Assembly: GCA_003222275.1 (NCBI GenBank) | Contig: QHVJ01000077.1 | Span: 1-61,881, forward strand | Origin: Acidobacteriota bacterium | Lineage (GTDB): Bacteria; Acidobacteriota; Vicinamibacteria; Fen-336 | DNA: 61,881 bases | Reading direction: 5' to 3' | Position numbers and translations under genes: made by a program | In this document: piece after piece, positions 31,666 to 43,811 of the stretch | How the letters are laid out: the number at the start of each line of letters is the position of its first letter | How positions within the stretch are numbered: the first letter of the stretch is position 1 | The notes under the pieces: generated by a model | What the model was told of the DNA's origin: nothing | Databases searched by the model: none | Seen by the model: only the letters and a program-made list of their open reading frames with translations

Positions 31666-33028
31666 GTTCCGCAAAGTCTTGATCGCGAACCGGGGGGAGA
31701 TCGCCCTCCGCGTGATGTGGGCGTGCAAGGAGCTGGGGATCAAGACCGTCGCCGTCTACTCCGAGGCGGACGCGGGCAGCCTCCACGTGCGCTTCGCGGA
31801 CCAGGCGGTGTGCATCGGCCCTCCGCGCAACGTCGATTCCTACCTGAACATCCCCGCCATCATCAGCGCCGCGGAGATCACGGGCGCCGACGCGATCCAT
31901 CCTGGGTACGGGTTCCTCTCCGAGTCGAGCTACCTGGCCGAGATCTGCGAGGCGTGCAACATCAAGTTCATCGGCCCCGGGCCGCAGGCCATCCGGCTGA
32001 TGGGGGACAAGAGCCGTGCGAAGAAGACCATGGCCCGCGCCGGGGTGCCGATCATCCCCGGCTCGCCGGGGGTGGTGGAGGACGAGGAGAAGGCGGTCAA
32101 GACCGCCCGCGAGGTCGGCTACCCCGTCATCCTCAAGGCGTCGGCGGGGGGTGGCGGCCGGGGGATGCGCGTCGTCCGCAACGCGGCCGAGCTGGCGCCT
32201 GCGTTCCGGGCGGCCCAGGCGGAGGCGGCGGCCGCCTTCGGCGTGCCCGACGTCTACATCGAGAAGTACGTGGACGCCCCCCGGCACATCGAGATCCAGA
32301 TCATGGCCGACTCCAAGGGCAACATCGTCCATCTCGGGGAGCGGGAGTGCTCGATCCAGCGCCGCCACCAGAAGCTGGTCGAGGAGGCGCCGTCCACCGT
32401 GGTCGGGGAGAGGCTGCGCCGGCGCATGGGGCAGGCGGCGGTGGAGGCCGCCCGGGCCGTCCAGTACGTGAACGCGGGCACGATCGAGTTCCTCCTCGAC
32501 GCCTCCGGCAACTACTACTTCATGGAGATGAACACGCGGATCCAGGTCGAGCACGGCGTGACGGAGCTCGTCACCGGGCGTGACCTCGTGAAGGAGCAGA
32601 TCCAGATCGCGGCCGGGGAGCCGCTCTCTTTCGCGCAGAAGGACTTCCTGTTCGACGGCCACGCCATCGAGTGCCGGATCAACGCCGAAGATCCCGTCAC
32701 CTTCGCGCCGTCCCCCGGCATCATCCGAAACCTCAACCTGCCCGGGGGCCCCGGCGTGCGCGTCGACACCTTCATCCACAACGGCTGCGAGATCCCGCCC
32801 TACTACGACAGCCTCATCGCCAAGCTCATGGTCCACGGCCGGGACCGCGCGGAGGCGATCGCCCGCATGCGGCGCTGCCTCGACGTGATGGTGGTGGAAG
32901 GGATCAAGACCAACTGCGCCCTGCATCGCCGGATCCTGGACGATCCCGACTTCCAGGCCGGCCGCATCGACACGCGCTTCATGGAGCGGTTCCAGCCCGC
33001 GAAGAAGGTCGCGGCCGCCGGTCCCTGA
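31664..33028 (+). CDS. accC: Biotin carboxylase
   Basis: [55 protein letters not shown]. Confidence 0.97.
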   Translation: MFRKVLIANRGEIALRVMWACKELGIKTVAVYSEADAGSLHVRFADQAVCIGPPRNVDSYLNIPAIISAAEITGADAIHPGYGFLSESSYLAEICEACNIKFIGPGPQAIRLMGDKSRAKKTMARAGVPIIPGSPGVVEDEEKAVKTAREVGYPVILKASAGGGGRGMRVVRNAAELAPAFRAAQAEAAAAFGVPDVYIEKYVDAPRHIEIQIMADSKGNIVHLGERECSIQRRHQKLVEEAPSTVVGERLRRRMGQAAVEAARAVQYVNAGTIEFLLDASGNYYFMEMNTRIQVEHGVTELVTGRDLVKEQIQIAAGEPLSFAQKDFLFDGHAIECRINAEDPVTFAPSPGIIRNLNLPGGPGVRVDTFIHNGCEIPPYYDSLIAKLMVHGRDRAEAIARMRRCLDVMVVEGIKTNCALHRRILDDPDFQAGRIDTRFMERFQPAKKVAAAGP

Positions 33029-33029
33029 G

Positions 33030-33671
33030 GTGGCGCGCCCGCTGCCGCCGCGCCCGTTCCTCTATCCGATCGTCGACGTCGCGGCGCTGGGGGAGCGCGC
33101 CGTGGGAAGCGTGGTCGCCGCCCTCGCCGCCGGCGGCGCGAAGGTCGTCCAGTTCCGGGGCAAGGGCCTTCCCGACCGGCGCTTCCTGGAGCTGGCCGCC
33201 GAGGCGCTGTCCGCCGCCCGTGCCGGCGGAGCCGCGCTCGTCGTCAACGACCGCCCCGACGTGGCCCTCATCCTCGGCGCGGACGGCGTGCACCTGGGCC
33301 AGGACGATCTCGATCCCCGCGCGGTCCGCACGCTTCTGCCCGCCGGAACCCTCCTCGGCATCTCGACGCACGACCTGGAGCAGCTCGGGCGCGCGGCCGG
33401 CGAGCCCGTCGACTACGTCGCCATCGGACCCGTGTTCCCGACCCGCAGCAAGGCGGCGCCCGACCCCGTGGTGGGGTTGGCGACGGTGAGGAAGGCGCGC
33501 GCCGTGGCCGAGGGGTGTCTCGTCGCGATCGGCGGGATCACCGAGGAGAACGCCCGCTCGGTAGTGGACGCGGGGGCGGACGGGGTGGCGGTGATCTCGG
33601 CCGTGCTCGGACACGAAGATCTCTCCGCCGCCGTGCGGCGGCTCGACGTGGCCATCGGAGCCGGCCGCTGA
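33030..33671 (+). CDS. thiE: Thiamine-phosphate synthase
   Basis: QFRGK, VNDRPD, GVHLGQDD, GISTH, GPVFPTRSK, AIGGI. Confidence 0.95.
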   Translation: MARPLPPRPFLYPIVDVAALGERAVGSVVAALAAGGAKVVQFRGKGLPDRRFLELAAEALSAARAGGAALVVNDRPDVALILGADGVHLGQDDLDPRAVRTLLPAGTLLGISTHDLEQLGRAAGEPVDYVAIGPVFPTRSKAAPDPVVGLATVRKARAVAEGCLVAIGGITEENARSVVDAGADGVAVISAVLGHEDLSAAVRRLDVAIGAGR

Positions 33672-35320
33672 CGGAGCCCGCGCGGCGCCGCGGCCGCATC
33701 CTCGTCCTCGTCTTGGGTATCCTGGCCCTCTTCGCGGCGCAATACAGGCTGGTACGCGACACCAACTTCCAGGGCGCCGACGAATGGCTGCACCTGTCGC
33801 TGCTCTCCCGCGGCATCGTCGACTTCCCCTACGCCAACCGGCCGCTGATGCTGCTCTGGAGCCTGCCCGCGATGGCGCTCCACCCCCACTCCCTCCGCGC
33901 ATTCTGGGTGGCGCACGGGACGTACCTGGCCCTGACCGCCGTGCTGACGTTCTTCATCACGCGGCGGTTCCTGCCCGGGCAGCAGGGTGTCGCCTTCCTG
34001 GCCGGGGTCTTCACGGCCACGTGGGTACCGCTGGACTTCACCCGCCTCAGCACGCTCGTCTTCACGGCGTACTCGGGGCTGGCCTTCGGCACGATGCTCG
34101 CTGTCTTCCTCTTCGTCGAGTCGTGGTTCCGGCGCTCGATCCCATGGCTCCTCGCCGCCGCGGTCACGGCCTTCGTGACGATGCGGGGATTCGAGGGCGC
34201 GATCCCGCTGCTGGCGCTGGCGCCGGTGGCGCTGGCGGGCGGGGCTCGGGGCAGCGACCCGCGCCGCCGGTGGTGGCTCATCGTCTGGGCGGCCGTGATG
34301 GTCCTCGGCATCGCCCTTGCCGTTTGGCCCATCGTGGCGCGCCGGCCGGAGGCGGCCTATCAGACCTCGATCCTGTCCCTCGACCTGTCCCCGCTCCCGT
34401 TCGTCAGGCGTCTGCTTCTCCAGCTCGGCTACGGGCTGCTGCCGCTGTTCACGACCCCGCCCGGGAGCCTCTCGCACCGGGCGATCCTGCCCGCAGCCGG
34501 GTTTGCGCTGGCATTTGCCGCGGGGCAGGGCGCCGCTTCGCCCGCCGCGGACCGGCCGCGTCGGCGCAGGGCGCTGGCGCTCGCCGGGCTGGCCGGCCTG
34601 CTCGCGTCGGCGCTGGCCTACGCGCTCTTTGCCCTGAGCCCGCAGATCAACGGTCCCTTGCGCACCCACTTCTTCGCGGCTCCGGGCCTGGGCCTCTTGC
34701 TCGCCTCCGTCGTCGGCCTCATCGCTGGCCTGCCCCTGGGTCGGGCGGGGCCGGTGCTCGGCGGCCTCGCGGGCGTGTGGATCGTGGCCCTCGGGACGAC
34801 GCACGTGGCCGCCATGCAGGGCTACTGGGACCGCTTCAACCCGTTGTGGGGACAGGCGCATACGCTGTCCGAGCTGACGCGGCAGGCGCCGGGGCTGCGG
34901 CCGCACACGCTCGTGGTGCTCGTGGACGAGACCGGCGACTGGCAAACGACGTTCTCGTTCCGCCATGCCGCACAATACACGTACGGCGACGACGTGCTCG
35001 GCTACGCGGCGGGAACCCCGGACCTGTTCTATCCCACCCGCGTCGGCCCCGACGGCATCCACATCGAGCCGTGGCCGGTGATCCGCGGCCCGTGGCGGTC
35101 GCCGCCTACGCGGCACCGCTTCGACGAGTTGGTCGTCGTGCGCCATGACCGCTCGGGCATCGTCTCCATCCTGGACGAGTGGCCCGCCGCCGCGCTACCC
35201 CCGCTACCCGCGGGCACCGTCTACGCGCCGCGCGCCCGCATCGTCACCGCGACCGAAGCGCCGCCGCTCCGCTCGCGCGCGGTGCTGGCCGAAGCCGCGG
35301 CGGGCGCCCCTTCCCGCTGA
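33668..35320 (+). CDS. Polytopic membrane protein, possible GT-C-fold glycosyltransferase (start uncertain; CTG 33668 proposed)
   Basis: Many TM helices, DE motif after first helix, soluble C-terminal domain. Confidence 0.55.
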   Translation: MTEPARRRGRILVLVLGILALFAAQYRLVRDTNFQGADEWLHLSLLSRGIVDFPYANRPLMLLWSLPAMALHPHSLRAFWVAHGTYLALTAVLTFFITRRFLPGQQGVAFLAGVFTATWVPLDFTRLSTLVFTAYSGLAFGTMLAVFLFVESWFRRSIPWLLAAAVTAFVTMRGFEGAIPLLALAPVALAGGARGSDPRRRWWLIVWAAVMVLGIALAVWPIVARRPEAAYQTSILSLDLSPLPFVRRLLLQLGYGLLPLFTTPPGSLSHRAILPAAGFALAFAAGQGAASPAADRPRRRRALALAGLAGLLASALAYALFALSPQINGPLRTHFFAAPGLGLLLASVVGLIAGLPLGRAGPVLGGLAGVWIVALGTTHVAAMQGYWDRFNPLWGQAHTLSELTRQAPGLRPHTLVVLVDETGDWQTTFSFRHAAQYTYGDDVLGYAAGTPDLFYPTRVGPDGIHIEPWPVIRGPWRSPPTRHRFDELVVVRHDRSGIVSILDEWPAAALPPLPAGTVYAPRARIVTATEAPPLRSRAVLAEAAAGAPSR

Positions 35321-35336
35321 GTTATCATCCTCGGGC

Positions 35337-36254
35337 ATGGGCAGCGCCCGGGTGCTCGACGGGGCCGCGACCGCGCGGGCGATCAAGGAGGAGCTGAAGG
35401 CGGACGTGGCCTCGCTCGCCTCTCGCCGCGTGAGGCCCGGCCTGGGCGTCCTGCTCGTCGGCGACGATCCTGCCTCGGCCGTCTACGTCCGCAGCAAGAC
35501 ACGGGCCTGCGAGGAGCTGGGGCTGCACCACGAGACGGCGGCGCTGCCGGCGTCGGCGTCGACGCTGGAAGTGATGGCGCGGGTCGACGACTACAACCGC
35601 CGCCCGGAGATCGACGGCATCCTCGTCCAGCTCCCGCTGCCGCCGCAGGTGGACACCGAGCGGGTGCTGCGCCTGGTGAGCCCCGCGAAGGACGTCGACG
35701 GGTTCCATCCCGAGAACGTCGGGCTCCTCGTTCAGAAGCGGCCGCGCTTCGTGGCCTGCACGCCGGCGGGGATCATGGAGCTGCTGCGTCGAGAGGGCAT
35801 CTCCGTCGCCGGCCAGCGCGCGGTCGTCGTGGGGCGGAGCGACATCGTGGGCAAGCCCATGGCCCTGCTCCTCCTCCACGCGGACGCGACGGTGACCGTC
35901 TGCCACTCCAAGACCCGCGATCTCGCCTCCGTCACCCGCGAGGCGGACCTGCTGGTGGCCGCCATCGGGCGCGCGGGCCTCGTGCGCGCCGAGCACGTCA
36001 AGCCCGGGGCGGTGGTGGTGGACGTGGGGATGAACCGCATCGAGGACGCCGCGCAGGCGCGGGAGCTGGCGGGCGAGGAGCGGGCCGAGCAGGTCGCGCG
36101 CAAGGGCTACGTCCTCGTGGGGGACGTGCACGCCCCGTCGGTGCGGGAGGTGGCCGGCGCGCTGACGCCGGTGCCGGGCGGTGTCGGACCCCTGACGATC
36201 GCCCTCCTCATGAAGAACACCGTGAAGGCCGCGGAAAGGCTACGCGCATCCTGA
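35337..36254 (+). CDS. folD: Methylenetetrahydrofolate dehydrogenase/cyclohydrolase
   Basis: GDDPASAVYV, ILVQLPLP, KDVDGFHP, CTPAG, GRSDIVGKP, TPVPGGVGPLT. Confidence 0.97.
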   Translation: MGSARVLDGAATARAIKEELKADVASLASRRVRPGLGVLLVGDDPASAVYVRSKTRACEELGLHHETAALPASASTLEVMARVDDYNRRPEIDGILVQLPLPPQVDTERVLRLVSPAKDVDGFHPENVGLLVQKRPRFVACTPAGIMELLRREGISVAGQRAVVVGRSDIVGKPMALLLLHADATVTVCHSKTRDLASVTREADLLVAAIGRAGLVRAEHVKPGAVVVDVGMNRIEDAAQARELAGEERAEQVARKGYVLVGDVHAPSVREVAGALTPVPGGVGPLTIALLMKNTVKAAERLRAS

Positions 36255-37510
36255 GGGTCGGCCTCACCGGCGGAATCGCCTGCGGGAAGTCGTACGTCCT
36301 GCGCCGGCTCGCCGCGGCCGGACTGGCAACGCTGGACCTCGACGAGGTCGCCCACGAGGTGATGGCACCCGGCGGCGCGGCCCACGCGGACGTCGTCACG
36401 GAGTTCGGATCCGGCATCCTGGCCGCCGACGGCGAGGTGGACCGCAAGCGGTTGGGCGACCTCGTGTTCGCCGACCCCAGCGCCCGAGCGCGGCTGAACG
36501 CGCTCGTCCATCCGCGGGTGCGGGAGGAAGAGGCACGGCGGGCGGCGGCCGCGGACCGCGGACCGGGCACGGTGGTGGTCACCGACGCCGCGCTGCTCGT
36601 GGAGGCGGGCGTCCATCTCCGCTTCCACCGCCTCGTGGTCGTCCATTGTCCGCCGGAGCTGCAGAGGCGGCGGCTCCGCGAGCGCGACGGCGTCGACGAG
36701 GCGGCGGCGGAGGCGCGTCTGGCCGCCCAGATGCCGATCGAGGAGAAACGGCGCTTTGCTCACTTCGAGGTCGACACGTCGGCCAGCTTCGCCGACACCG
36801 ACCGGCAGGCCGCCGCGCTCGCGGGGACGCTCCGCGATCTCGCGCGCACGGCTCCCGCACCCGTCCCGGTGCCCCTCGACCGGGCCGCCGCGTGCCTCCT
36901 CTTCGGGCCGGCCGAAGGACCCCGAGGGCTCGATCCCGTGAGGGTGGTGGCGGAGATCGCGGCGGCCGGCGGCCCGGAGATGGAGCGCCTGGCCCGGCTC
37001 CTCGTGCCGCTCGCGCGCGGACCGTGGTACCGCGCCGCCGGCCGCGGCTCGGGCCCGGGACCCGCGACGCTGGCCGGGCCGGCCGCGCTCTGGTCGCTCG
37101 CGCGCGCGGGAGTGGACGACGACCATGTCGTCGCGGCCGCCGCCACCTTCGCCCGCCTGACCCATCCGGATCCCGGCGCGCGCGCCGACGCGTGCCTGCA
37201 GGCCCTGCTGCTCCAGTCCGCGGCGGCCGCCGGCATCGTCGATCCCGCGCTACGCAATCGGCTGGGTGCCTACACCCAGCTGGCCGCACGATGGGCCGGC
37301 GCGCCGCCGGGCGATCGCGCACGGGCGGCGCTGCGAGCGGCCCTGCGCCATCCCCAGGACGCGGCGCGGGCGCGAGAGGACGCCGCGGACGCCGAAACGG
37401 GAAGCCTGGCCGCCGCGCTCGTCGCCATCGCCGCCGGCAGCCCCGCGACGGCGATCCCGCCGGACGTACTCGCGTCCCTGCGCGAGCTCAACGCCCGCGC
37501 CGCGCGTTAG
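36248..37510 (+). CDS. coaE: Dephospho-CoA kinase fused to a C-terminal helical (ADP-ribosylglycohydrolase-like) domain; non-canonical start
   Basis: ILRVGLTGGIACGKS in frame upstream of the listed ORF; VDRKRLG, LNALVHP, AQMP; about 200 extra C-terminal residues. Confidence 0.85.
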   Translation: MLRVGLTGGIACGKSYVLRRLAAAGLATLDLDEVAHEVMAPGGAAHADVVTEFGSGILAADGEVDRKRLGDLVFADPSARARLNALVHPRVREEEARRAAAADRGPGTVVVTDAALLVEAGVHLRFHRLVVVHCPPELQRRRLRERDGVDEAAAEARLAAQMPIEEKRRFAHFEVDTSASFADTDRQAAALAGTLRDLARTAPAPVPVPLDRAAACLLFGPAEGPRGLDPVRVVAEIAAAGGPEMERLARLLVPLARGPWYRAAGRGSGPGPATLAGPAALWSLARAGVDDDHVVAAAATFARLTHPDPGARADACLQALLLQSAAAAGIVDPALRNRLGAYTQLAARWAGAPPGDRARAALRAALRHPQDAARAREDAADAETGSLAAALVAIAAGSPATAIPPDVLASLRELNARAAR

Positions 37511-38697
37511 GACTTCGCGCCCGCGGTGGGGCCGAGCCGCTCCTCGACGAACGTGTTCCACTCGTGGCAGTGGGGACAGCGCCAGAGCATGTCGTCGGCG
37601 CGATAACGGCATGCGGTGCACACGTGGGGGTCGCGGTAGAAGGCCGACTCTTCGGCGGTCGCGATGTAGCGGTCGACGACCTCGCCTTCCAGGCCCATCG
37701 CACGCAACGTTCGCCACATCTCGAGGTGGGGAAGCAGCACCTGCGGGTTGGCCTCGACGGCCCGGAGCAGGAGGCCGAACGCCTCCTCGTGGCGGCCCTC
37801 GCGTCCCAGGTGGCGGGCCAGGGCCAGCCGCGCGCGCCAGTCGCGCGGGTCCTGCCGGATCGTCTGCTCGCACAGGCCCACGAACCGCGAAGGCTCGCCG
37901 CTGTCGGCATAGGCAAGCGCCAGGCGGTCGAAGGCGAGGTAGGCTCGTTCGGGAGAGGTCTGCACCGCGTCCTCGAGGACGGCCGCGGCCTGGCGAGGGT
38001 CGCGGCCGGCCTGGCAGTCGGCGAGCCCGAGATGGGCGGGGAACACGCGGCGGTCGAGCGAGAGCGCCGTCCGGAACGCCTTCTCCGCCGCGTCGATCCG
38101 TCCCGCCTGCAGCGCTTCACGGCCCATCTCCGCCTGCAGATGGCCGAGGACGAGGCTGTCCTCGGTCTTGCGCAGGCGCGACAGCCGGGTCTGCACGGTG
38201 TAGGCCTCCTGCCACTGGCGCTGGTCCTCGTGGAGCTTCTGCATCCCCACGAGCGCGTGGATGCTCTTCGGATCCACCTCCAGCACCTCCTCGAACGTGC
38301 GGGTGGCGCGGTCGATGAAGCCCGCCTTGCTGAAGTCGGTCCCCAGCGATGCGAGCGCGTACGCGCGCTCGGCGCGCGTGAGGTCGGACCGCGCCAGCAG
38401 CCCCTGATGGACCTGGATCGCCCTTTCCACCTGGCCCGCCTCGCGCAGGAGGTTGCCGAGGATCTGCAGGACCTCCAGCGCTTCGGGATCCTCGCGCGCG
38501 ACCTTGGTCAGCTCGCTGATGGCCAGCTCGCGCTGGCCGGCGGCCACGTAGTGCAGGCCCTGCGTGTAGTGCGGAGAGACGCGGTAGGGCGGCCGGTCCC
38601 GGGAGTCTCCGCGCCGCCGCGCGGCGGCCCAGGCCCGGCCGGCCAGCAGGCCGGCGATGGCGGCGAGCAGGACGGCCAGAAGCGCGGTGTCGGTCAC
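37507..38697 (-). CDS. lapB: LPS assembly protein B (TPR + rubredoxin)
   Basis: N-terminal TM, LGNLLREAGQVERAIQVHQ, DFSKAGFIDRA, CTAC..WRCPHCHEW. Confidence 0.88.
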   Translation of the reverse strand: MTDTALLAVLLAAIAGLLAGRAWAAARRRGDSRDRPPYRVSPHYTQGLHYVAAGQRELAISELTKVAREDPEALEVLQILGNLLREAGQVERAIQVHQGLLARSDLTRAERAYALASLGTDFSKAGFIDRATRTFEEVLEVDPKSIHALVGMQKLHEDQRQWQEAYTVQTRLSRLRKTEDSLVLGHLQAEMGREALQAGRIDAAEKAFRTALSLDRRVFPAHLGLADCQAGRDPRQAAAVLEDAVQTSPERAYLAFDRLALAYADSGEPSRFVGLCEQTIRQDPRDWRARLALARHLGREGRHEEAFGLLLRAVEANPQVLLPHLEMWRTLRAMGLEGEVVDRYIATAEESAFYRDPHVCTACRYRADDMLWRCPHCHEWNTFVEERLGPTAGAKS

Positions 38698-39218
38698 CGC
38701 GGAGCGACCAGCGAGTCCCAGTCCCCGCGGGCGCGAAGGATCGCCTCCAGGAACTCCCGGAGGCAGCCTTCGCCCCCACCGGCGTCCGTGACCATGAAGG
38801 CCTCGGCGCGCACCTCGAGGGGGGCGTCGGCGGGAGCCGCGGACAAGCCCACCTCGCGCAACACCGGCAGGTCGTTGACGTCGTCCCCGATGAAGGCGAC
38901 CTCGTGCGCGGCCAGGCCCTGCTCCGCCATCACCTCCCGAAGGCCGGCGGCCTTGTCGTCGAGGCCCTGCCGGACGGGCGCCATGCCGAGCTCCTTCGCT
39001 CGCTGCGCCACGACCTCGGAGGTGCGGCCGGAGAGGATCCCGACCGGCAGCCCCGCCCGCCGGGCGAGCATCACCCCGAGGCCGTCGCGCACGTGGAACG
39101 CCTTGGCCTCGCCGCCCCCCGGCAGCAGGAGCACGGTGCCGTCGGTCATGACGCCGTCCACGTCGGTGAGGACCAGGCGCAAGCGCCGGCATCGGGCCGC
39201 CAGCGCCTCGTCTTTCAC
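38694..39218 (-). CDS. kdsC: KDO 8-phosphate phosphatase
   Basis: DVDGVMTDG, FHVRDG, IGDDVND, GGEGCLRE. Confidence 0.93.
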   Translation of the reverse strand: MKDEALAARCRRLRLVLTDVDGVMTDGTVLLLPGGGEAKAFHVRDGLGVMLARRAGLPVGILSGRTSEVVAQRAKELGMAPVRQGLDDKAAGLREVMAEQGLAAHEVAFIGDDVNDLPVLREVGLSAAPADAPLEVRAEAFMVTDAGGGEGCLREFLEAILRARGDWDSLVAPR

Positions 39219-39219
39219 C

Positions 39220-40179
39220 CTAGATCATCTCCGTCTTCCACAGGTCGTGGAGGTGCACGACGCCGTCGACCCTGCCCTCCGCGTCGGCGACGACGAGGGC
39301 GGTGATCCTGCGCGTCTCCATGAGGTCGAGCGCGGCGGTGGCCATCTCGCGCCGGCCGATGAGGATCGGACCGGCGGTCATGCACTCCGCGGCGGTGCGG
39401 TCGAGGAGGCCGTAGCCGTGGCGCTCCATCTGCCGCCGCAGGTCGCCATCGGAGAGGATCCCCCGCAGCTTCCCGGCGGCGTCGACGACCGTGGTCATGC
39501 CGAGCCGCTTGCGCGTCATCTCGAAGAGGACGTCCTTCATCTTCGTGTCCAGCCGCACCCGCGGCACCTTGTCGCCGGTGTGCATCACGTCCTCGACGCG
39601 GAGGAGCTTCTTGCCGAGCTGCCCGCCGGGGTGCAGCACCGCGAAGTCCTCCACCGTGAAGCCGCGCCGCTCGATGAGGGCCATCGCCAGGGCGTCGCCC
39701 ATGGCGAGGGCGGCGGTCGTGGAAGCGGTGGGGGCGAGGCCGAGCGGGCAGGCTTCCTCCCGGATCGACACGTCGAGGTGGACGTCCGAGACGGCGGCCA
39801 GCGGCGAGCGCGGGTTGCCGGTGAGGGAGACGAGCGGCGCGCCGAGCCGCTTCACCGCGGGGACCAGGGAGAGGATCTCCGCGGTATCGCCGCTGTAGGA
39901 GACGGCGAGCACCGCATCGCCCTTGACGATGCGCCCGAGGTCGCCGTGGATGGCCTCCACAGGGTGGAGGTAGAGCGACGGCGTGCCGGTGGAGGCGAAG
40001 GTGGCCGAAAGCTTCTGGGCGATGATCCCGCTCTTGCCCAGGCCGGTGACCACCACCCGCCCGGTGCAGGCGAGGAGCGCCTCTACCGCCCGGTCGAAGC
40101 TGCCGTCGATGCGGGAGACGAGGTCGAGGATCGCCCGCGCCTCGATCTCGAGCACCTTGCGGGCGGTGTCGCGCGACAT
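39220..40179 (-). CDS. kdsD: Arabinose-5-phosphate isomerase (KpsF/GutQ, SIS+CBS)
   Basis: GLGKSG, HGDLG, EACPLGLAPTAST, HPGGQLG, CBS pair. Confidence 0.93.
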   Translation of the reverse strand: MSRDTARKVLEIEARAILDLVSRIDGSFDRAVEALLACTGRVVVTGLGKSGIIAQKLSATFASTGTPSLYLHPVEAIHGDLGRIVKGDAVLAVSYSGDTAEILSLVPAVKRLGAPLVSLTGNPRSPLAAVSDVHLDVSIREEACPLGLAPTASTTAALAMGDALAMALIERRGFTVEDFAVLHPGGQLGKKLLRVEDVMHTGDKVPRVRLDTKMKDVLFEMTRKRLGMTTVVDAAGKLRGILSDGDLRRQMERHGYGLLDRTAAECMTAGPILIGRREMATAALDLMETRRITALVVADAEGRVDGVVHLHDLWKTEMI

Positions 40180-40195
40180 CGCCTCCCATCCTACT

Positions 40196-42807
<2,612 letters not shown>

Positions 42808-42830
42808 CTATGGGCCCTCGTGTACGTCGC

Positions 42831-42860
42831 ATGGTAGCGGGCCCTGCCCCTCCAAGTCAA
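42831..42860 (-). promoter_or_regulatory. Sigma70-type promoter for pyrG with ~150-nt leader
   Basis: TTGACT-18 nt-TACCAT. Confidence 0.55.
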
Positions 42861-42915
42861 CCGCTTCCGCGGCCCTCGTCCCGCGGCTCGCGTCGTGTGC
42901 GAGCGGCTAGATCCG

Positions 42916-43683
42916 CTACGGCCGGCGAGCCAACAGCGCGCGGACACGCTCCAGGTCCTCGGCCGTGTCCACGGCCACGCCCCCCGGCCCGTCGACGGCG
43001 ATCACGCGGATGCGCATGCCGTGATGGAGCGCCCGGAGCTGCTCGAGCCCCTCGGCCTGCTCCAGCGGCGAGGGAGGCAGCGCGGCGAAGCGCAGGAGCG
43101 CCGCGCGCCGGTAGGCGTAGAGGCCGACGTGCTTGCGGGCGAGGCCTTTCGCCACCGCCGCTCGCGCCGCCTCCGCGAGGTCGCCGCCCGGTGTCCGCGC
43201 GTGGGGGATCGGGCTGCGGGAGAAGTACAACGCGTCGCCCCGGGCGTCGGTCACGACCTTCACGACCGAGGGTGACAGCATCTCCTCGAACGCGGTGAGG
43301 GGCAGCGACAGCGTCGCCATGGGAAGCTCGGGCTGCTCGACGAGGGGCGCCGCCGCCGCGTCGATCCCCGCCGGATCGAGCATGGGCTCGTCGCCCTGCA
43401 CGTTCACCACGATGTCGGCGTCGGTCGCCCTCACCGCCTCCGCCAGCCGGTCGGTGCCGGTGGCGTGGGCGGACGAGGTGAGCACGACCTCGCCCCCGAA
43501 GCGCCGGACGGCGGCCGCGATCCGCTCGTCGTCGGTCGCCACCAGCACGCGGTCGGGAAGGGAAGCGGCCCGGGCCCGCTCGTAGACGCGCTCGATCATC
43601 GTCTTGCCGTGGATGTCGGCCAGCGGCTTGCCGGGGAGGCGGGTCGACCCGAAGCGGGCGGGGATGATCGCGACGATGGCCAA
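42916..43683 (-). CDS. kdsB: CMP-KDO synthetase
   Basis: IIPARFGSTRLPGKPL, TGTDR, NVQGDEP, YFSRSPIP, LEQLRAL; TTG start chosen because the upstream ATG overlaps the -10 box. Confidence 0.95.
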   Translation of the reverse strand: MAIVAIIPARFGSTRLPGKPLADIHGKTMIERVYERARAASLPDRVLVATDDERIAAAVRRFGGEVVLTSSAHATGTDRLAEAVRATDADIVVNVQGDEPMLDPAGIDAAAAPLVEQPELPMATLSLPLTAFEEMLSPSVVKVVTDARGDALYFSRSPIPHARTPGGDLAEAARAAVAKGLARKHVGLYAYRRAALLRFAALPPSPLEQAEGLEQLRALHHGMRIRVIAVDGPGGVAVDTAEDLERVRALLARRP

Positions 43684-43708
43684 TCGCTCGGGCCCTCGAA
43701 GAGGGGCC

Positions 43709-43774
43709 ATCGTAGCGGCCGCCTCCGACGGCGTCAACCACGGTTTGACCCCTCCGGGCGCCGTGGCGTACCCT
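43709..43774. promoter_or_regulatory. Divergent sigma70-type promoters
   Basis: Minus: TTGACG-17-TACGAT (43737-43709); plus: TTGACC-18-TACCCT (43745-43774). Confidence 0.5.
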
Positions 43775-43811
43775 CTGCATGCTCGTGGCCGCTCCGACAC
43801 CCAAGGCGGCG

